Source: Escherichia coli (GTDB taxonomy: Bacteria; Pseudomonadota; Gammaproteobacteria; Enterobacterales; Enterobacteriaceae). From it: DNA of 64,000 nucleotides. Each line of letters begins with the position of its first letter. The stretch's first letter is position 1. Position numbers and translations under genes: made by a program. Below, piece after piece: positions 14,007-29,462 of this stretch. The stretch lies in NCBI RefSeq assembly GCF_003334815.1, contig NZ_QOWO01000024.1. One strand, written 5' to 3'. The notes under the pieces were generated by a model. That model made no database searches and was not told where the DNA came from. It was given only the letters and a program-made list of their open reading frames with translations.

Positions 14007-14549
14007 ATGAAAAAAATTGCGCTAGCAGGTCTGGCCGGAATGCTGTTGGTTTCTGCATCGGTCAATGCAATGAGCATCAGCGGTCAGGCGGGTAAAGAAT
14101 ACACCAATATTGGTGTCGGTTTTGGGACTGAAACGACGGGCCTGGCGTTAAGCGGTAACTGGACACATAACGACGACGACGGTGATGTCGCTGGCGTGGG
14201 GCTGGGGTTGAATCTGCCTCTCGGGCCGTTAATGGCGACCGTTGGCGGAAAAGGCGTTTACACCAACCCGAATTACGGCGATGAAGGTTATGCCGCAGCG
14301 GTAGGAGGTGGTTTGCAGTGGAAAATTGGCAACAGCTTCCGTTTGTTTGGCGAGTATTACTACTCTCCGGATTCGCTCTCCAGCGGTATTCAAAGTTATG
14401 AAGAAGCGAATGCTGGCGCGCGTTACACCATTATGCGTCCAGTCAGTATTGAGGCGGGTTATCGCTACCTGAATCTGTCGGGTAAAGACGGTAACCGCGA
14501 CAACGCCGTGGCTGACGGCCCGTATGTTGGGGTTAACGCCAGTTTCTGA
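14007..14549 (+). CDS. yfaZ: Putative outer-membrane protein YfaZ
   Basis: Start set at MKKIALAGLAGMLLVSASVNA (signal peptide) giving 180 aa; Gly/aromatic-rich beta-strand pattern ending ...GVNASF. Confidence 0.85.
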   Translation: MKKIALAGLAGMLLVSASVNAMSISGQAGKEYTNIGVGFGTETTGLALSGNWTHNDDDGDVAGVGLGLNLPLGPLMATVGGKGVYTNPNYGDEGYAAAVGGGLQWKIGNSFRLFGEYYYSPDSLSSGIQSYEEANAGARYTIMRPVSIEAGYRYLNLSGKDGNRDNAVADGPYVGVNASF

Positions 14550-14648
14550 TCCCTTCCGGCGCGGCATTCTGTCGCGCCATTCAGTTTCTTACTACGCCTT
14601 ATCTCCCTTTGCGTTATAGTGATTCGATAACAAAAGCAGGAGATAACC

Positions 14649-15851
14649 ATGTTAAAAGTGGAAATGTTATCCACCGGGGATGAAGTGTTACACGGGCAAA
14701 TCGTTGACACTAACGCTGCCTGGCTGGCCGATTTTTTCTTTCATCAGGGGTTGCCATTATCTCGCCGCAATACGGTGGGGGATAACCTTGATGACTTAGT
14801 CACCATTCTTCGCGAACGTAGTCAGCACGCCGATGTGCTGATCGTTAACGGCGGGCTGGGACCGACCAGCGATGATTTAAGCGCACTCGCCGCTGCGACA
14901 GCAAAAGGTGAAGGCCTGGTGCTGCATGAAGCCTGGCTCAAAGAGATGGAACGCTATTTCCACGAACGTGGACGAGTAATGGCACCGAGCAACCGTAAAC
15001 AAGCGGAGCTGCCTGCCAGTGCTGAATTTATCAATAACCCGGTAGGCACCGCCTGTGGTTTTGCCGTGCAGCTTAATCGTTGCCTGATGTTCTTTACTCC
15101 CGGCGTACCGTCAGAATTTAAGGTGATGGTCGAGCACGAAATCCTGCCGCGCCTGCGCGAGCGTTTTTCTTTACCGCAGCCGCCGGTTTGTCTGCGTTTG
15201 ACTACTTTTGGTCGTTCGGAAAGCGATCTGGCACAAAGCCTGGACACTCTACAACTGCCGCCGGGCGTAACAATGGGCTATCGCTCCTCAATGCCTATCA
15301 TCGAACTGAAACTCACCGGACCGGCAAGCGAGCAACAGGCGATGGAAAAACTGTGGCTGGATGTTAAACGTGTTGCCGGACAGAGCGTGATTTTCGAAGG
15401 CACTGAAGGACTGCCCGCGCAGATCAGTCGCGAATTGCAAAACCGCCAGTTCAGCCTGACGTTGAGCGAGCAATTCACCGGTGGTTTATTGGCTTTGCAA
15501 CTTTCTCGCGCAGGTGCTCCATTGCTGGCGTGTGAAGTGGTTCCTTCACAGGAGGAAACCCTGGCGCAAACTGCGCACTGGATTACAGAACGGCGGGCCA
15601 ACCATTTTGCCGGGCTGGCACTGGCTGTTTCGGGTTTCGAGAACGAGCATCTCAACTTTGCGCTAGCCACGCCAGACGGCACTTTCGCTCTGCGTGTGCG
15701 TTTCAGCACTACGCGCTACAGCCTGGCTATCCGTCAGGAAGTGTGCGCAATGATGGCACTGAATATGCTGCGCCGTTGGTTAAACGGCCAGGATATCGCC
15801 AGTGAGCATGGCTGGATTGAGGTTGTTGAGTCCATGACCTTATCTGTCTGA
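14649..15851 (+). CDS. yfaY: CinA-like (MoCF-binding domain) protein YfaY
   Basis: 400-aa ORF with CinA N-terminal domain features; position between yfaZ and rhmR. Confidence 0.85.
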   Translation: MLKVEMLSTGDEVLHGQIVDTNAAWLADFFFHQGLPLSRRNTVGDNLDDLVTILRERSQHADVLIVNGGLGPTSDDLSALAAATAKGEGLVLHEAWLKEMERYFHERGRVMAPSNRKQAELPASAEFINNPVGTACGFAVQLNRCLMFFTPGVPSEFKVMVEHEILPRLRERFSLPQPPVCLRLTTFGRSESDLAQSLDTLQLPPGVTMGYRSSMPIIELKLTGPASEQQAMEKLWLDVKRVAGQSVIFEGTEGLPAQISRELQNRQFSLTLSEQFTGGLLALQLSRAGAPLLACEVVPSQEETLAQTAHWITERRANHFAGLALAVSGFENEHLNFALATPDGTFALRVRFSTTRYSLAIRQEVCAMMALNMLRRWLNGQDIASEHGWIEVVESMTLSV

Positions 15852-16070
15852 TTCCGCCACTCTGTGCCGGTTTACTGCACCGGCACATTCCCCCTCCGGC
15901 AAAATTTGTCCAACCTGTTGTACTCAATAAGAAAAAATCCGTGCGCTGATTCACAAATTTGTGCGTAATTTCTCCAGTCTGCTGGACGAGGAGCGGGATT
16001 TGATGCGCTTCACAATTTTACTCCCCCTGAGCAACGAGACTGATTCCAGTATCTAAGACTGGAGTCCAGT

Positions 16071-16853
16071 ATGTTGGAATCAAGCAAAGTTCCCGCCCTG
16101 ACACGGGCTATTGATATTCTCAATTTGATTGCCCGCATTGGCCCCTGTAGTGCTGCGACGATCATTGACACATTGGGAATCCCTAAAAGCACGGCCTATT
16201 TGCTGCTTAATGAACTCAGGCGTCAGCGTTTTCTTAGCCTTGATCACCAGGAAAATTTTTGTTTGTGGACCAGGCTGGTGGAGCTTTCCGGTCATGCGTT
16301 AAGCAAGATGGATCTCCGGGAACTGGCTCGACCGCGTTTGACGCAACTGATGGATACCACCGGGCTGTTATGTCACCTGGGGATTATTGATAACGGCAGC
16401 GCTTATTACATTTTGAAAGTGGAGTCATCAGCCACTATCAGCGTGCGTTCCCATGAAGGAAAAAGCCTTTCGCTTTATCGCTCCGGAATAGGTAAATGCC
16501 TGCTTGCCTGGCAACCTGCAGCGGTACAGCAAAGTATTATCGAAGGGCTGGTCTGGGAGCAGGCGACACCCACAACGATTACTCATCCACAGCAACTTCA
16601 CGAAGAACTGGCGCGTATTCGCCGTCAGGGCTGGAGCTATGACAACGGCGAAGATTACGCCGATGTCCGTTGTGTCGCTGCGCCGGTGTTTAACGCCAAT
16701 AACGAGCTTACCGCTGCGATCTCGGTGGTCGGTACCCGCTTACAAATCAATGAAGAATACCGTGATTATCTGGCGGGCAAGGCCATTGCCTGCGCCAGGG
16801 ATATTTCACGTCTGTTGGGATGGAAAAGTCCCTTTGACTTACAAGCCTCATAA
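16071..16853 (+). CDS. rhmR: IclR-family transcriptional regulator of the L-rhamnonate operon
   Basis: 260 aa; N-terminal HTH plus IclR effector domain; immediately upstream of rhmDTA. Confidence 0.9.
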   Translation: MLESSKVPALTRAIDILNLIARIGPCSAATIIDTLGIPKSTAYLLLNELRRQRFLSLDHQENFCLWTRLVELSGHALSKMDLRELARPRLTQLMDTTGLLCHLGIIDNGSAYYILKVESSATISVRSHEGKSLSLYRSGIGKCLLAWQPAAVQQSIIEGLVWEQATPTTITHPQQLHEELARIRRQGWSYDNGEDYADVRCVAAPVFNANNELTAAISVVGTRLQINEEYRDYLAGKAIACARDISRLLGWKSPFDLQAS

Positions 16854-16855
16854 CA

Positions 16856-18073
16856 ATGGAGAACATCATGACCCTACCAAAAATTAAACAGGTTCGCGCC
16901 TGGTTTACTGGCGGTGCGACAGCAGAAAAAGGCGCTGGCGGCGGTGATTATCACGACCAGGGGGCGAATCACTGGATAGACGATCATATTGCCACCCCGA
17001 TGAGTAAATACCGCGATTACGAGCAGTCACGCCAGTCATTTGGCATTAACGTTCTTGGCACGTTGGTTGTTGAAGTCGAAGCAGAAAACGGCCAGACCGG
17101 ATTCGCCGTTTCGACAGCCGGTGAAATGGGCTGTTTTATTGTCGAAAAACATCTTAACCGTTTCATTGAGGGTAAATGTGTCAGTGATATCAAACTGATC
17201 CACGATCAAATGCTCAGTGCCACCCTGTATTACTCCGGCTCTGGTGGCCTGGTGATGAATACGGTTTCTTGTGTCGATCTGGCTCTGTGGGATCTGTTCG
17301 GCAAAGTGGTCGGGCTTCCGGTTTATAAACTTTTAGGCGGCGCTGTTCGTGATGAGATTCAGTTCTACGCCACAGGTGCGCGTCCGGATCTGGCAAAAGA
17401 GATGGGCTTTATCGGTGGCAAAATGCCGACGCACTGGGGGCCACATGATGGCGATGCGGGGATCCGCAAAGATGCCGCTATGGTCGCGGATATGCGTGAA
17501 AAATGCGGTGAGGATTTCTGGTTAATGCTCGACTGCTGGATGAGTCAGGACGTGAACTATGCGACCAAACTGGCCCACGCTTGCGCGCCCTATAACCTGA
17601 AATGGATCGAAGAGTGCCTGCCGCCACAGCAGTATGAAAGTTATCGCGAACTGAAACGCAACGCGCCAGTCGGAATGATGGTCACCAGCGGTGAGCACCA
17701 CGGCACACTGCAATCTTTTCGTACGCTTTCAGAAACCGGTATCGACATTATGCAGCCGGATGTTGGCTGGTGCGGTGGTTTAACCACGCTGGTGGAAATT
17801 GCCGCAATCGCCAAATCCAGGGGGCAACTGGTGGTGCCGCACGGTTCGTCTGTTTACTCTCACCATGCGGTGATCACCTTCACCAATACGCCATTCAGCG
17901 AATTCCTGATGACCAGCCCGGATTGTTCAACGATGCGTCCGCAGTTTGACCCGATTCTGCTCAATGAGCCGGTTCCGGTGAATGGTCGTATTCATAAATC
18001 AGTGCTTGATAAACCCGGTTTTGGCGTCGAACTCAATCGTGACTGCAATTTGAAACGCCCCTACAGCCACTAA
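16856..18073 (+). CDS. rhmD: L-rhamnonate dehydratase (enolase superfamily)
   Basis: 405-aa ORF of the mandelate racemase/muconate lactonizing enzyme family; an alternative start 4 codons in (MTLPKIK, 16868) is possible. Confidence 0.9.
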   Translation: MENIMTLPKIKQVRAWFTGGATAEKGAGGGDYHDQGANHWIDDHIATPMSKYRDYEQSRQSFGINVLGTLVVEVEAENGQTGFAVSTAGEMGCFIVEKHLNRFIEGKCVSDIKLIHDQMLSATLYYSGSGGLVMNTVSCVDLALWDLFGKVVGLPVYKLLGGAVRDEIQFYATGARPDLAKEMGFIGGKMPTHWGPHDGDAGIRKDAAMVADMREKCGEDFWLMLDCWMSQDVNYATKLAHACAPYNLKWIEECLPPQQYESYRELKRNAPVGMMVTSGEHHGTLQSFRTLSETGIDIMQPDVGWCGGLTTLVEIAAIAKSRGQLVVPHGSSVYSHHAVITFTNTPFSEFLMTSPDCSTMRPQFDPILLNEPVPVNGRIHKSVLDKPGFGVELNRDCNLKRPYSH

Positions 18074-18129
18074 TCACTCCGGGCGTTGCTGTGACAACGG
18101 TAACGCCCACATATTCTAAGGAGCTTTTT

Positions 18130-19419
18130 ATGAGCACCGCTTTGCTTGACGCCGTGGTGAAGAAAAACCGTGTGCGTTTAATTCCGTTTATGTTGGCGCT
18201 GTATGTGCTGGCGTTTCTCGACCGTTCGAATATCGGTTTTGCCAAACAGACCTACCAGATTGATACCGGGTTGAGTAATGAAGCTTATGCGCTGGGAGCA
18301 GGCATTTTCTTTGTGGTATATGCGTTTCTGGGTGTTCCGGCGAATCTTTTGATGCGCAAACTGGGGGCCAGAACCTGGATTGGTACGACAACACTGCTGT
18401 GGGGATTTCTTTCGGCAGCCATGGCATGGGCCGATACTGAAGCGAAATTTCTGATAGTTCGCACTCTGCTTGGTGCTGCGGAGGCCGGATTTTTCCCTGG
18501 TATGATTTATCTCACCTCGCAATGGTTTCCGCAGCGTAATCGCGCCAGCATTATGGGGCTGTTCTATATGGGCGCACCGCTGGCGTTAACACTGGGATCA
18601 CCGCTTTCCGGCGCGCTGTTGGAGATGCATGGATTTATGGGGCATCCCGGCTGGTTCTGGATGTTTGTGATTGAAGGATTGTTGGCAGTCGGTGCTGGGG
18701 TATTCACATTCTTTTGGCTTGATGACACACCGGAGCAGGCACGTTTTCTGAGTAAACAAGAAAAAACGTTGCTTATCAATCAACTGGCAAGTGAAGAACA
18801 ACAGAAAGTGACTTCTCGGCTGAGCGATGCGCTGCGTAATGGCCGAGTCTGGCAACTAGCGATTATCTACCTGACCATTCAGGTGGCGGTTTACGGATTA
18901 ATTTTCTTCCTGCCGACCCAGGTTGCGGCATTGCTGGGAACAAAAGTGGGCTTTACAGCGTCGGTGGTCACCGCCATTCCGTGGGTTGCGGCCTTGTTTG
19001 GGACCTGGCTTATTCCGCGCTATTCCGATAAAACCGGCGAACGGCGTAATGTCGCAGCGCTGACATTACTGGCGGCGGGCATTGGTATTGGTCTGTCCGG
19101 GCTGCTTTCTCCAGTAATGGCGATCGTAGCGCTGTGTGTTGCAGCTATCGGGTTTATTGCCGTGCAGCCAGTGTTCTGGACGATGCCGACACAACTGCTT
19201 TCCGGTACGGCGCTGGCTGCGGGAATTGGTTTTGTAAACCTGTTTGGTGCAGTGGGCGGGTTTATTGCCCCGATCCTGCGCGTGAAAGCAGAAACGTTAT
19301 TTGCCAGCGATGCGGCGGGATTACTGACGCTGGCAGCGGTGGCGGTCATCGGTTCGCTGATTATTTTCACTCTGCGTGTAAATCGCACTGTTGCGCAGAC
19401 CGACGTGGCACATCATTAA
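18130..19419 (+). CDS. rhmT: MFS transporter (L-rhamnonate)
   Basis: Multi-TM MFS protein; start set at [15 protein letters not shown] (429 aa) within the 442-aa track ORF. Confidence 0.88.
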
Positions 19420-19436
19420 ATAGGTTAAGGAACACG

Positions 19437-20240
19437 ATGAACGCATTATTAAGCAATCCCTTTAAAGAACGTTTACGCAAGGGCGAAGTGCAAATTGGTC
19501 TGTGGTTAAGCTCAACGACTGCCTATATGGCAGAAATTGCCGCCACTTCTGGTTATGACTGGTTGCTGATTGACGGGGAGCACGCGCCAAACACCATTCA
19601 GGATCTTTATCATCAGCTACAGGCGGTAGCGCCCTATGCCAGCCAACCCGTGATCCGTCCGGTGGAAGGCAGTAAACCGCTGATTAAACAAGTCCTGGAT
19701 ATTGGCGCGCAAACTCTACTGATCCCGATGGTCGATACTGCCGAACAGGCACGTCAGGTGGTGTCTGCCACGCGCTATCCTCCCTACGGTGAGCGTGGTG
19801 TCGGGGCCAGTGTGGCACGGGCTGCGCGCTGGGGACGCATTGAGAATTACATGGCGCAAGTTAACGATTCGCTTTGTCTGTTGGTGCAGGTGGAAAGTAA
19901 AACGGCACTGGATAACCTGGACGAAATCCTCGACGTCGAAGGGATTGATGGCGTGTTTATTGGACCTGCGGATCTTTCTGCGTCGTTGGGCTACCCGGAT
20001 AACGCCGGGCACCCGGAAGTGCAGCGAATTATTGAAACCAGTATTCGGCGGATCCGTGCTGCGGGTAAAGCGGCTGGTTTTCTGGCTGTGGCTCCTGATA
20101 TGGCGCAGCAATGCCTGGCGTGGGGAGCGAACTTTGTCGCTGTTGGCGTTGACACGATGCTCTACAGCGATGCCCTGGATCAACGACTGGCGATGTTTAA
20201 ATCAGGCAAAAATGGGCCACGCATAAAAGGTAGTTATTGA
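19437..20240 (+). CDS. rhmA: 2-keto-3-deoxy-L-rhamnonate aldolase (HpcH/HpaI family)
   Basis: Start at ATG 19437 ([13 protein letters not shown]) gives 267 aa; the longer track ORF 19134-20240 runs back into the rhmT coding region in another frame. Confidence 0.9.
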
Positions 20241-20246
20241 TATCAA

Positions 20247-20271
20247 AGGCCCATGGGGATCGGCTGTGGGC
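20247..20271. terminator. Stem-loop between the convergent rhmA and ypaA (possible bidirectional terminator)
   Basis: GGCCCA-tggggatcggctg-TGGGCC, perfect 6-bp GC-rich stem; flanking T content is modest. Confidence 0.35.
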
Positions 20272-20280
20272 CTGTGTTAA

Positions 20281-20466
20281 TTAGTGGTTATTCGCTGCCA
20301 GATCGGCTTCGCTTAGCTGGGTGGCCGCGAGCACCTGGTCACGATCAAAGCCCTGTTCCAGCATGCGCAAAGCAATTTTAATGGCTTGTTCATGCAAACC
20401 TTCTAATTTACCTTCCTGCCAGCCAATTTGATGTCCTTCCTGCCGCAGCCGTTCAGCAATAGTCAT
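20281..20466 (-). CDS. ypaA: YpaA, 61-aa paralog of the RpnE C-terminal domain
   Basis: 61-aa ORF ([19 protein letters not shown]...) nearly identical to the last ~60 residues of the adjacent rpnE; product of a local tandem duplication. Confidence 0.75.
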   Translation of the reverse strand: MTIAERLRQEGHQIGWQEGKLEGLHEQAIKIALRMLEQGFDRDQVLAATQLSEADLAANNH

Positions 20467-20665
20467 TAATCTCTCCTTTTAATGACAGTTCGGAATATCA
20501 GCATCAGTGAGTTGGGTTGTCGCCAGCACAATCTCACGTTCAAAGCCCTGCTCCAGCATGCGCAAAGCAATTTTAATGGCTTGTTCATGCATACCTTCCT
20601 GCCAGCCAATTTGATGCCCTTCCTGCCGTAGCCGTTCAGCAATAGTCATTAATCTCTCCTTTTGT
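20400..20665. repeat. Tandem direct duplication (~190-bp unit) covering the rpnE 3' end and ypaA
   Basis: CATGCGCAAAGCAATTTTAATGGCTTGTTCATGCA and CCGTTCAGCAATAGTCATTAATCTCTCCTTTT each occur twice about 190 bp apart. Confidence 0.8.
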
Positions 20666-21378
20666 AGTGGTGAACGTTCGGCAATCTCCTCAATAAAACG
20701 GGTGAAACGGGAGGTATCGCCGCATTGCAGCAGATAATTAAACAGTGTTTGTAGCTGGCTGTCATTAGTGAAGCCTCTAACCAAAAGCGTGGTGATCCTG
20801 TCGACCATGCCGATTAAATCGCGGTCGCGAATATGCTTTTGAATCAGTTCCAGCAGAGCTATACGCCGATGTTGCATGATCTCATCGTCAGGTACGATGG
20901 TGATATCCACCAACGGAAAAGCTTCGGTGTACAACTGCCGGGCAAGTTGCGGATCGTCAAACTCATCCAGCCAGTTGAGTGAGTACGGGTAAGGCGAGGT
21001 TTCGCCATGATAAAACAGCAACGGCACCACCAGCGGGACTCTGTCATAGCCTTTGTCCAGGTGACGCTGCATGGCGGCAGTGGCATAGCGCATTAGCCGA
21101 AAAGCCATATTCTTTTCTGCAGAGCTTTGATGTTCAATCACGCAGTAGATATAGCCGTCACCGTCGCTGGTTTCCACGGACCACAAAACATCCGAGTAGT
21201 AAGCGCGTAAACTTTTTTCAATAAAACTAGTGGGTTCCAGGCGTAAGGTTTGCAGGTTGCAAAGCTTGCGCAGTGGTTCTGGTAAATGTATTTCGAGAAA
21301 ATCCCGTGCGGTTTCGGGTGTGAACATAAAGGTTTTAAATACCGCATCATGCGGGGAGGAGGTTGTTGATTCGGTCAT
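20479..21378 (-). CDS. rpnE: Rpn-family recombination-promoting nuclease / transposase-like (PD-(D/E)XK) protein RpnE (YfaD)
   Basis: 299-aa ORF; Rpn/YhgA-like family by sequence recollection; located between rhmA and glpC. Confidence 0.8.
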   Translation of the reverse strand: MTESTTSSPHDAVFKTFMFTPETARDFLEIHLPEPLRKLCNLQTLRLEPTSFIEKSLRAYYSDVLWSVETSDGDGYIYCVIEHQSSAEKNMAFRLMRYATAAMQRHLDKGYDRVPLVVPLLFYHGETSPYPYSLNWLDEFDDPQLARQLYTEAFPLVDITIVPDDEIMQHRRIALLELIQKHIRDRDLIGMVDRITTLLVRGFTNDSQLQTLFNYLLQCGDTSRFTRFIEEIAERSPLQKERLMTIAERLRQEGHQIGWQEGMHEQAIKIALRMLEQGFEREIVLATTQLTDADIPNCH

Positions 21379-21570
21379 GGTTGTCCGTCACCTGATATTT
21401 ATGATGACGCGACATTACGGTTATCCCAGGCCTTTGACATCTGCCAGTTTCAGCCTTTGCGAGACGTTTTCAGAGGAATTTTCACTGCGTTGCAACGCAT
21501 ACATTGGGCACGGAATCGTGTACGCAAAAATGCCCGGTAACCACATGCTTACCGGGCATCAGAAAGGAGT

Positions 21571-25635
<4,065 letters not shown>

Positions 25636-25781
25636 TGTTATCCCTCTGAAGTTCGTTTTTTACCATTTAGCCATAGTAAAAACATGAATTGTTTGATTTC
25701 GCGCATATTCGCTCATAATTCGAAAGTGAAACGTGATTTCATGCGTCATTTTGAACATTTTGTAAATCTTATTTAATAATG

Positions 25782-25797
25782 TGTGCGGCAATTCACA
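25782..25797. promoter_or_regulatory. CRP-binding site in the glpTQ / glpACB divergent control region
   Basis: TGTGC-ggcaat-TCACA matches the CRP consensus TGTGA-N6-TCACA with one mismatch, inside the 272-bp AT-rich region between glpA and glpT. Confidence 0.6.
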
Positions 25798-25907
25798 TTT
25801 AATTTATGAATGTTTTCTTAACATCGCGGCAACTCAAGAAACGGCAGGTTCTCTCACTGAATCAGGCTGTTAATCATAAATAAGACCACGGGCCACGGAG
25901 GCTATCA

Positions 25908-27266
25908 ATGTTGAGTATTTTTAAACCAGCGCCACACAAAGCGCGCTTACCTGCCGCGGAGATCGATCCGACTTATCGTCGATTGCGCTGGCAAATTTTC
26001 CTGGGGATATTCTTTGGCTATGCGGCTTACTATTTGGTTCGTAAGAACTTTGCGCTTGCTATGCCTTATCTGGTTGAGCAGGGATTCTCACGCGGTGATT
26101 TAGGTTTTGCCCTTTCGGGGATCTCGATTGCTTATGGATTTTCGAAATTCATCATGGGTTCGGTATCGGATCGCTCGAATCCGCGCGTTTTCCTGCCCGC
26201 AGGTTTGATTCTGGCGGCGGCAGTGATGTTGTTTATGGGCTTTGTGCCATGGGCGACGTCGAGCATTGCGGTGATGTTTGTACTGTTGTTCCTCTGCGGT
26301 TGGTTCCAGGGGATGGGGTGGCCGCCGTGTGGTCGTACTATGGTGCACTGGTGGTCGCAGAAAGAACGTGGCGGCATTGTGTCAGTGTGGAACTGTGCGC
26401 ACAACGTCGGTGGTGGTATTCCGCCGCTGCTGTTCCTGCTGGGGATGGCCTGGTTCAATGACTGGCATGCGGCGCTCTATATGCCTGCTTTCTGCGCCAT
26501 TCTGGTGGCATTATTCGCCTTTGCGATGATGCGCGATACCCCGCAATCCTGTGGCTTGCCGCCGATCGAAGAGTACAAAAATGATTATCCGGACGACTAT
26601 AACGAAAAAGCGGAACAGGAGCTGACGGCGAAGCAAATCTTCATGCAGTACGTACTGCCGAACAAACTGCTGTGGTATATCGCCATCGCCAACGTGTTCG
26701 TTTATCTGCTGCGTTACGGCATCCTCGACTGGTCACCGACTTATCTGAAAGAGGTTAAGCATTTCGCGCTAGATAAATCCTCCTGGGCCTACTTCCTTTA
26801 TGAATATGCAGGTATTCCGGGCACTCTGCTGTGCGGCTGGATGTCGGATAAAGTCTTCCGTGGCAACCGTGGGGCAACCGGCGTTTTCTTTATGACACTG
26901 GTGACCATCGCGACTATCGTTTACTGGATGAACCCGGCAGGTAACCCAACCGTCGATATGATTTGTATGATTGTTATCGGCTTCCTGATCTACGGTCCTG
27001 TGATGCTGATCGGTCTGCATGCGCTGGAACTGGCACCGAAAAAAGCGGCAGGTACGGCAGCGGGCTTTACCGGGCTGTTTGGTTACCTGGGCGGTTCGGT
27101 GGCGGCGAGCGCGATTGTTGGCTACACCGTGGACTTCTTCGGCTGGGATGGCGGCTTTATGGTAATGATTGGCGGCAGCATTCTGGCGGTTATCTTGTTG
27201 ATTGTTGTGATGATTGGCGAAAAACGTCGCCATGAACAATTACTGCAAGAACGCAACGGAGGCTAA
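25908..27266 (+). CDS. glpT: Glycerol-3-phosphate:phosphate antiporter (MFS)
   Basis: 452-aa 12-TM MFS protein; divergent from glpACB. Confidence 0.95.
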
Positions 27267-27270
27267 TGGC

Positions 27271-28347
27271 ATGAAATTGACGCTGAAAAACCTTAGCATG
27301 GCGATCATGATGAGCACTATAGTCATGGGAAGCAGTGCAATGGCGGCGGACAGCAACGAAAAAATAGTCATCGCCCATCGCGGTGCCAGTGGATATTTGC
27401 CGGAGCATACGCTGCCAGCAAAAGCGATGGCGTATGCGCAGGGAGCGGATTATCTGGAACAGGATTTGGTGATGACCAAAGACGACAATCTGGTTGTTCT
27501 GCATGACCATTACCTCGATCGTGTTACTGATGTTGCCGATCGTTTCCCGGATCGGGCGCGCAAAGACGGTCGTTACTACGCGATAGATTTCACGCTGGAT
27601 GAAATTAAGTCGTTGAAATTTACCGAAGGTTTCGATATTGAAAACGGTAAAAAAGTGCAGACTTATCCGGGGCGTTTCCCAATGGGTAAGTCCGACTTCC
27701 GGGTGCACACCTTTGAAGAAGAGATTGAATTTGTTCAGGGGTTAAATCACTCTACCGGGAAAAATATCGGTATTTATCCAGAAATCAAAGCGCCGTGGTT
27801 CCATCATCAGGAAGGGAAGGATATTGCGGCAAAAACGCTGGAAGTGCTGAAGAAATATGGTTACACCGGTAAAGACGATAAAGTTTATTTGCAATGTTTT
27901 GATGCTGATGAGCTGAAGCGTATTAAGAATGAGCTGGAACCCAAAATGGGCATGGAGCTCAATCTGGTACAGCTGATTGCCTATACCGACTGGAATGAAA
28001 CGCAGCAGAAACAGCCGGATGGAAGCTGGGTTAATTACAACTACGACTGGATGTTTAAGCCGGGTGCCATGAAACAGGTGGCGGAATATGCAGATGGTAT
28101 TGGTCCGGATTACCATATGTTGATTGAGGAGACATCGCAGCCGGGTAATATCAAACTCACTGGCATGGTGCAAGATGCTCAGCAGAATAAACTGGTAGTG
28201 CATCCTTATACCGTGCGGTCAGATAAACTGCCTGAATACACTCCTGATGTGAATCAGTTATATGATGCTCTGTATAACAAAGCGGGTGTAAATGGGCTGT
28301 TTACTGATTTCCCTGATAAGGCAGTAAAATTTCTTAATAAAGAGTAA
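27271..28347 (+). CDS. glpQ: Periplasmic glycerophosphodiester phosphodiesterase
   Basis: Start set at MKLTLKNLSMAIMM (signal peptide) giving 358 aa; HRGASGYLPEHT active-site region. Confidence 0.93.
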   Translation: MKLTLKNLSMAIMMSTIVMGSSAMAADSNEKIVIAHRGASGYLPEHTLPAKAMAYAQGADYLEQDLVMTKDDNLVVLHDHYLDRVTDVADRFPDRARKDGRYYAIDFTLDEIKSLKFTEGFDIENGKKVQTYPGRFPMGKSDFRVHTFEEEIEFVQGLNHSTGKNIGIYPEIKAPWFHHQEGKDIAAKTLEVLKKYGYTGKDDKVYLQCFDADELKRIKNELEPKMGMELNLVQLIAYTDWNETQQKQPDGSWVNYNYDWMFKPGAMKQVAEYADGIGPDYHMLIEETSQPGNIKLTGMVQDAQQNKLVVHPYTVRSDKLPEYTPDVNQLYDALYNKAGVNGLFTDFPDKAVKFLNKE

Positions 28348-28388
28348 TGTTACTGCAGGATGGCGTTCATGCGCCATCCTGTCTCATA

Positions 28389-28595
28389 TCAAATTTTTCC
28401 AATCGCCACTAATTGTTCCATGCACATTTGTAGTAAAAACAGTGGACTGCCTTCTACCGGCTTTTCTTTAGCCAGCAACGAAATCTGTCGATAGAAAGTT
28501 GGTTCGAGAGGAACGGAACACAATTCACCTGCAATGCTTTTCAGCGTTAACTCTGGTTGTAAGGCGATGCCTAATCCCTGTCGAATAAAATTCAT
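28389..28595 (-). pseudogene. yfaH: YfaH, 68-aa remnant resembling the C-terminal part of a LysR-type regulator
   Basis: Short ORF with no HTH domain; the gene-remnant interpretation comes from my recollection of K-12 annotation. Confidence 0.6.
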
Positions 28596-28809
28596 CGCTG
28601 TATCCGCCTGATTAAATTCACATTTTATCTGCTGGGCGCACTATTAGTGGTAGTGGCTGGTGGAATCTATGCGCTGCAAATGAAGGGTAAAAGCGGTGTC
28701 AAGCTAGTAGTGGCAAAAGAAATTCATTAATACGACACGTTTCATTAAGATTTTCCTCAGGTAACCACCTATAGTCATTGTCGTTAATAAAAATGACAGG
28801 CGATAGGGT

Positions 28810-29460
28810 ATGGCAGTTTCAGCAAAGTACGACGAATTTAATCACTGGTGGGCAACAGAGGGCGACTGGGTTGAAGAGCCTAACTATCGCCGTAATGGTA
28901 TGAGCGGGGTGCAATGCGTCGAGCGCAACGGCAAAAAGCTGTATGTAAAGCGCATGACGCATCATCTGTTTCATTCCGTACGTTATCCGTTCGGCCGACC
29001 AACGATTGTCCGTGAGGTTGCGGTAATTAAAGAACTGGAACGGGCCGGTGTCATCGTGCCGAAGATCGTTTTTGGTGAAGCGGTGAAAATTGAGGGTGAA
29101 TGGCGAGCGTTGCTGGTGACTGAAGATATGGCGGGGTTCATCAGCATTGCTGACTGGTATGCCCAGCATGCAGTATCGCCTTATTCTGACGAAGTACGGC
29201 AAGCCATGTTGAAAGCAGTGGCGCTGGCGTTTAAGAAAATGCATAGCATTAATCGTCAGCATGGCTGTTGTTATGTTCGCCATATCTATGTGAAAACAGA
29301 AGGTAATGCAGAAGCTGGTTTTCTTGACCTGGAGAAAAGTCGTCGCCGCTTGCGTCGCGATAAAGCGATTAATCATGACTTCCGCCAGCTGGAAAAATAT
29401 CTGGAGCCAATCCCCAAAGCGGACTGGGAGCAGGTGAAAGCGTATTACTACGCCATGTAA
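28810..29460 (+). CDS. inaA: Acid-inducible Kdo/WaaP-family putative lipid kinase InaA
   Basis: 216-aa ORF; sequence fits the InaA family; position between yfaH and yfaE. Confidence 0.88.
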   Translation: MAVSAKYDEFNHWWATEGDWVEEPNYRRNGMSGVQCVERNGKKLYVKRMTHHLFHSVRYPFGRPTIVREVAVIKELERAGVIVPKIVFGEAVKIEGEWRALLVTEDMAGFISIADWYAQHAVSPYSDEVRQAMLKAVALAFKKMHSINRQHGCCYVRHIYVKTEGNAEAGFLDLEKSRRRLRRDKAINHDFRQLEKYLEPIPKADWEQVKAYYYAM

Positions 29461-29462
29461 TC

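Noticed and set aside
19134-20240. 368-aa extended rhmA ORF overlapping the rhmT 3' end
   Set aside because: The extension overlaps the rhmT coding region in another frame; the RhmA N-terminus MNALLSNPF begins at 19437.
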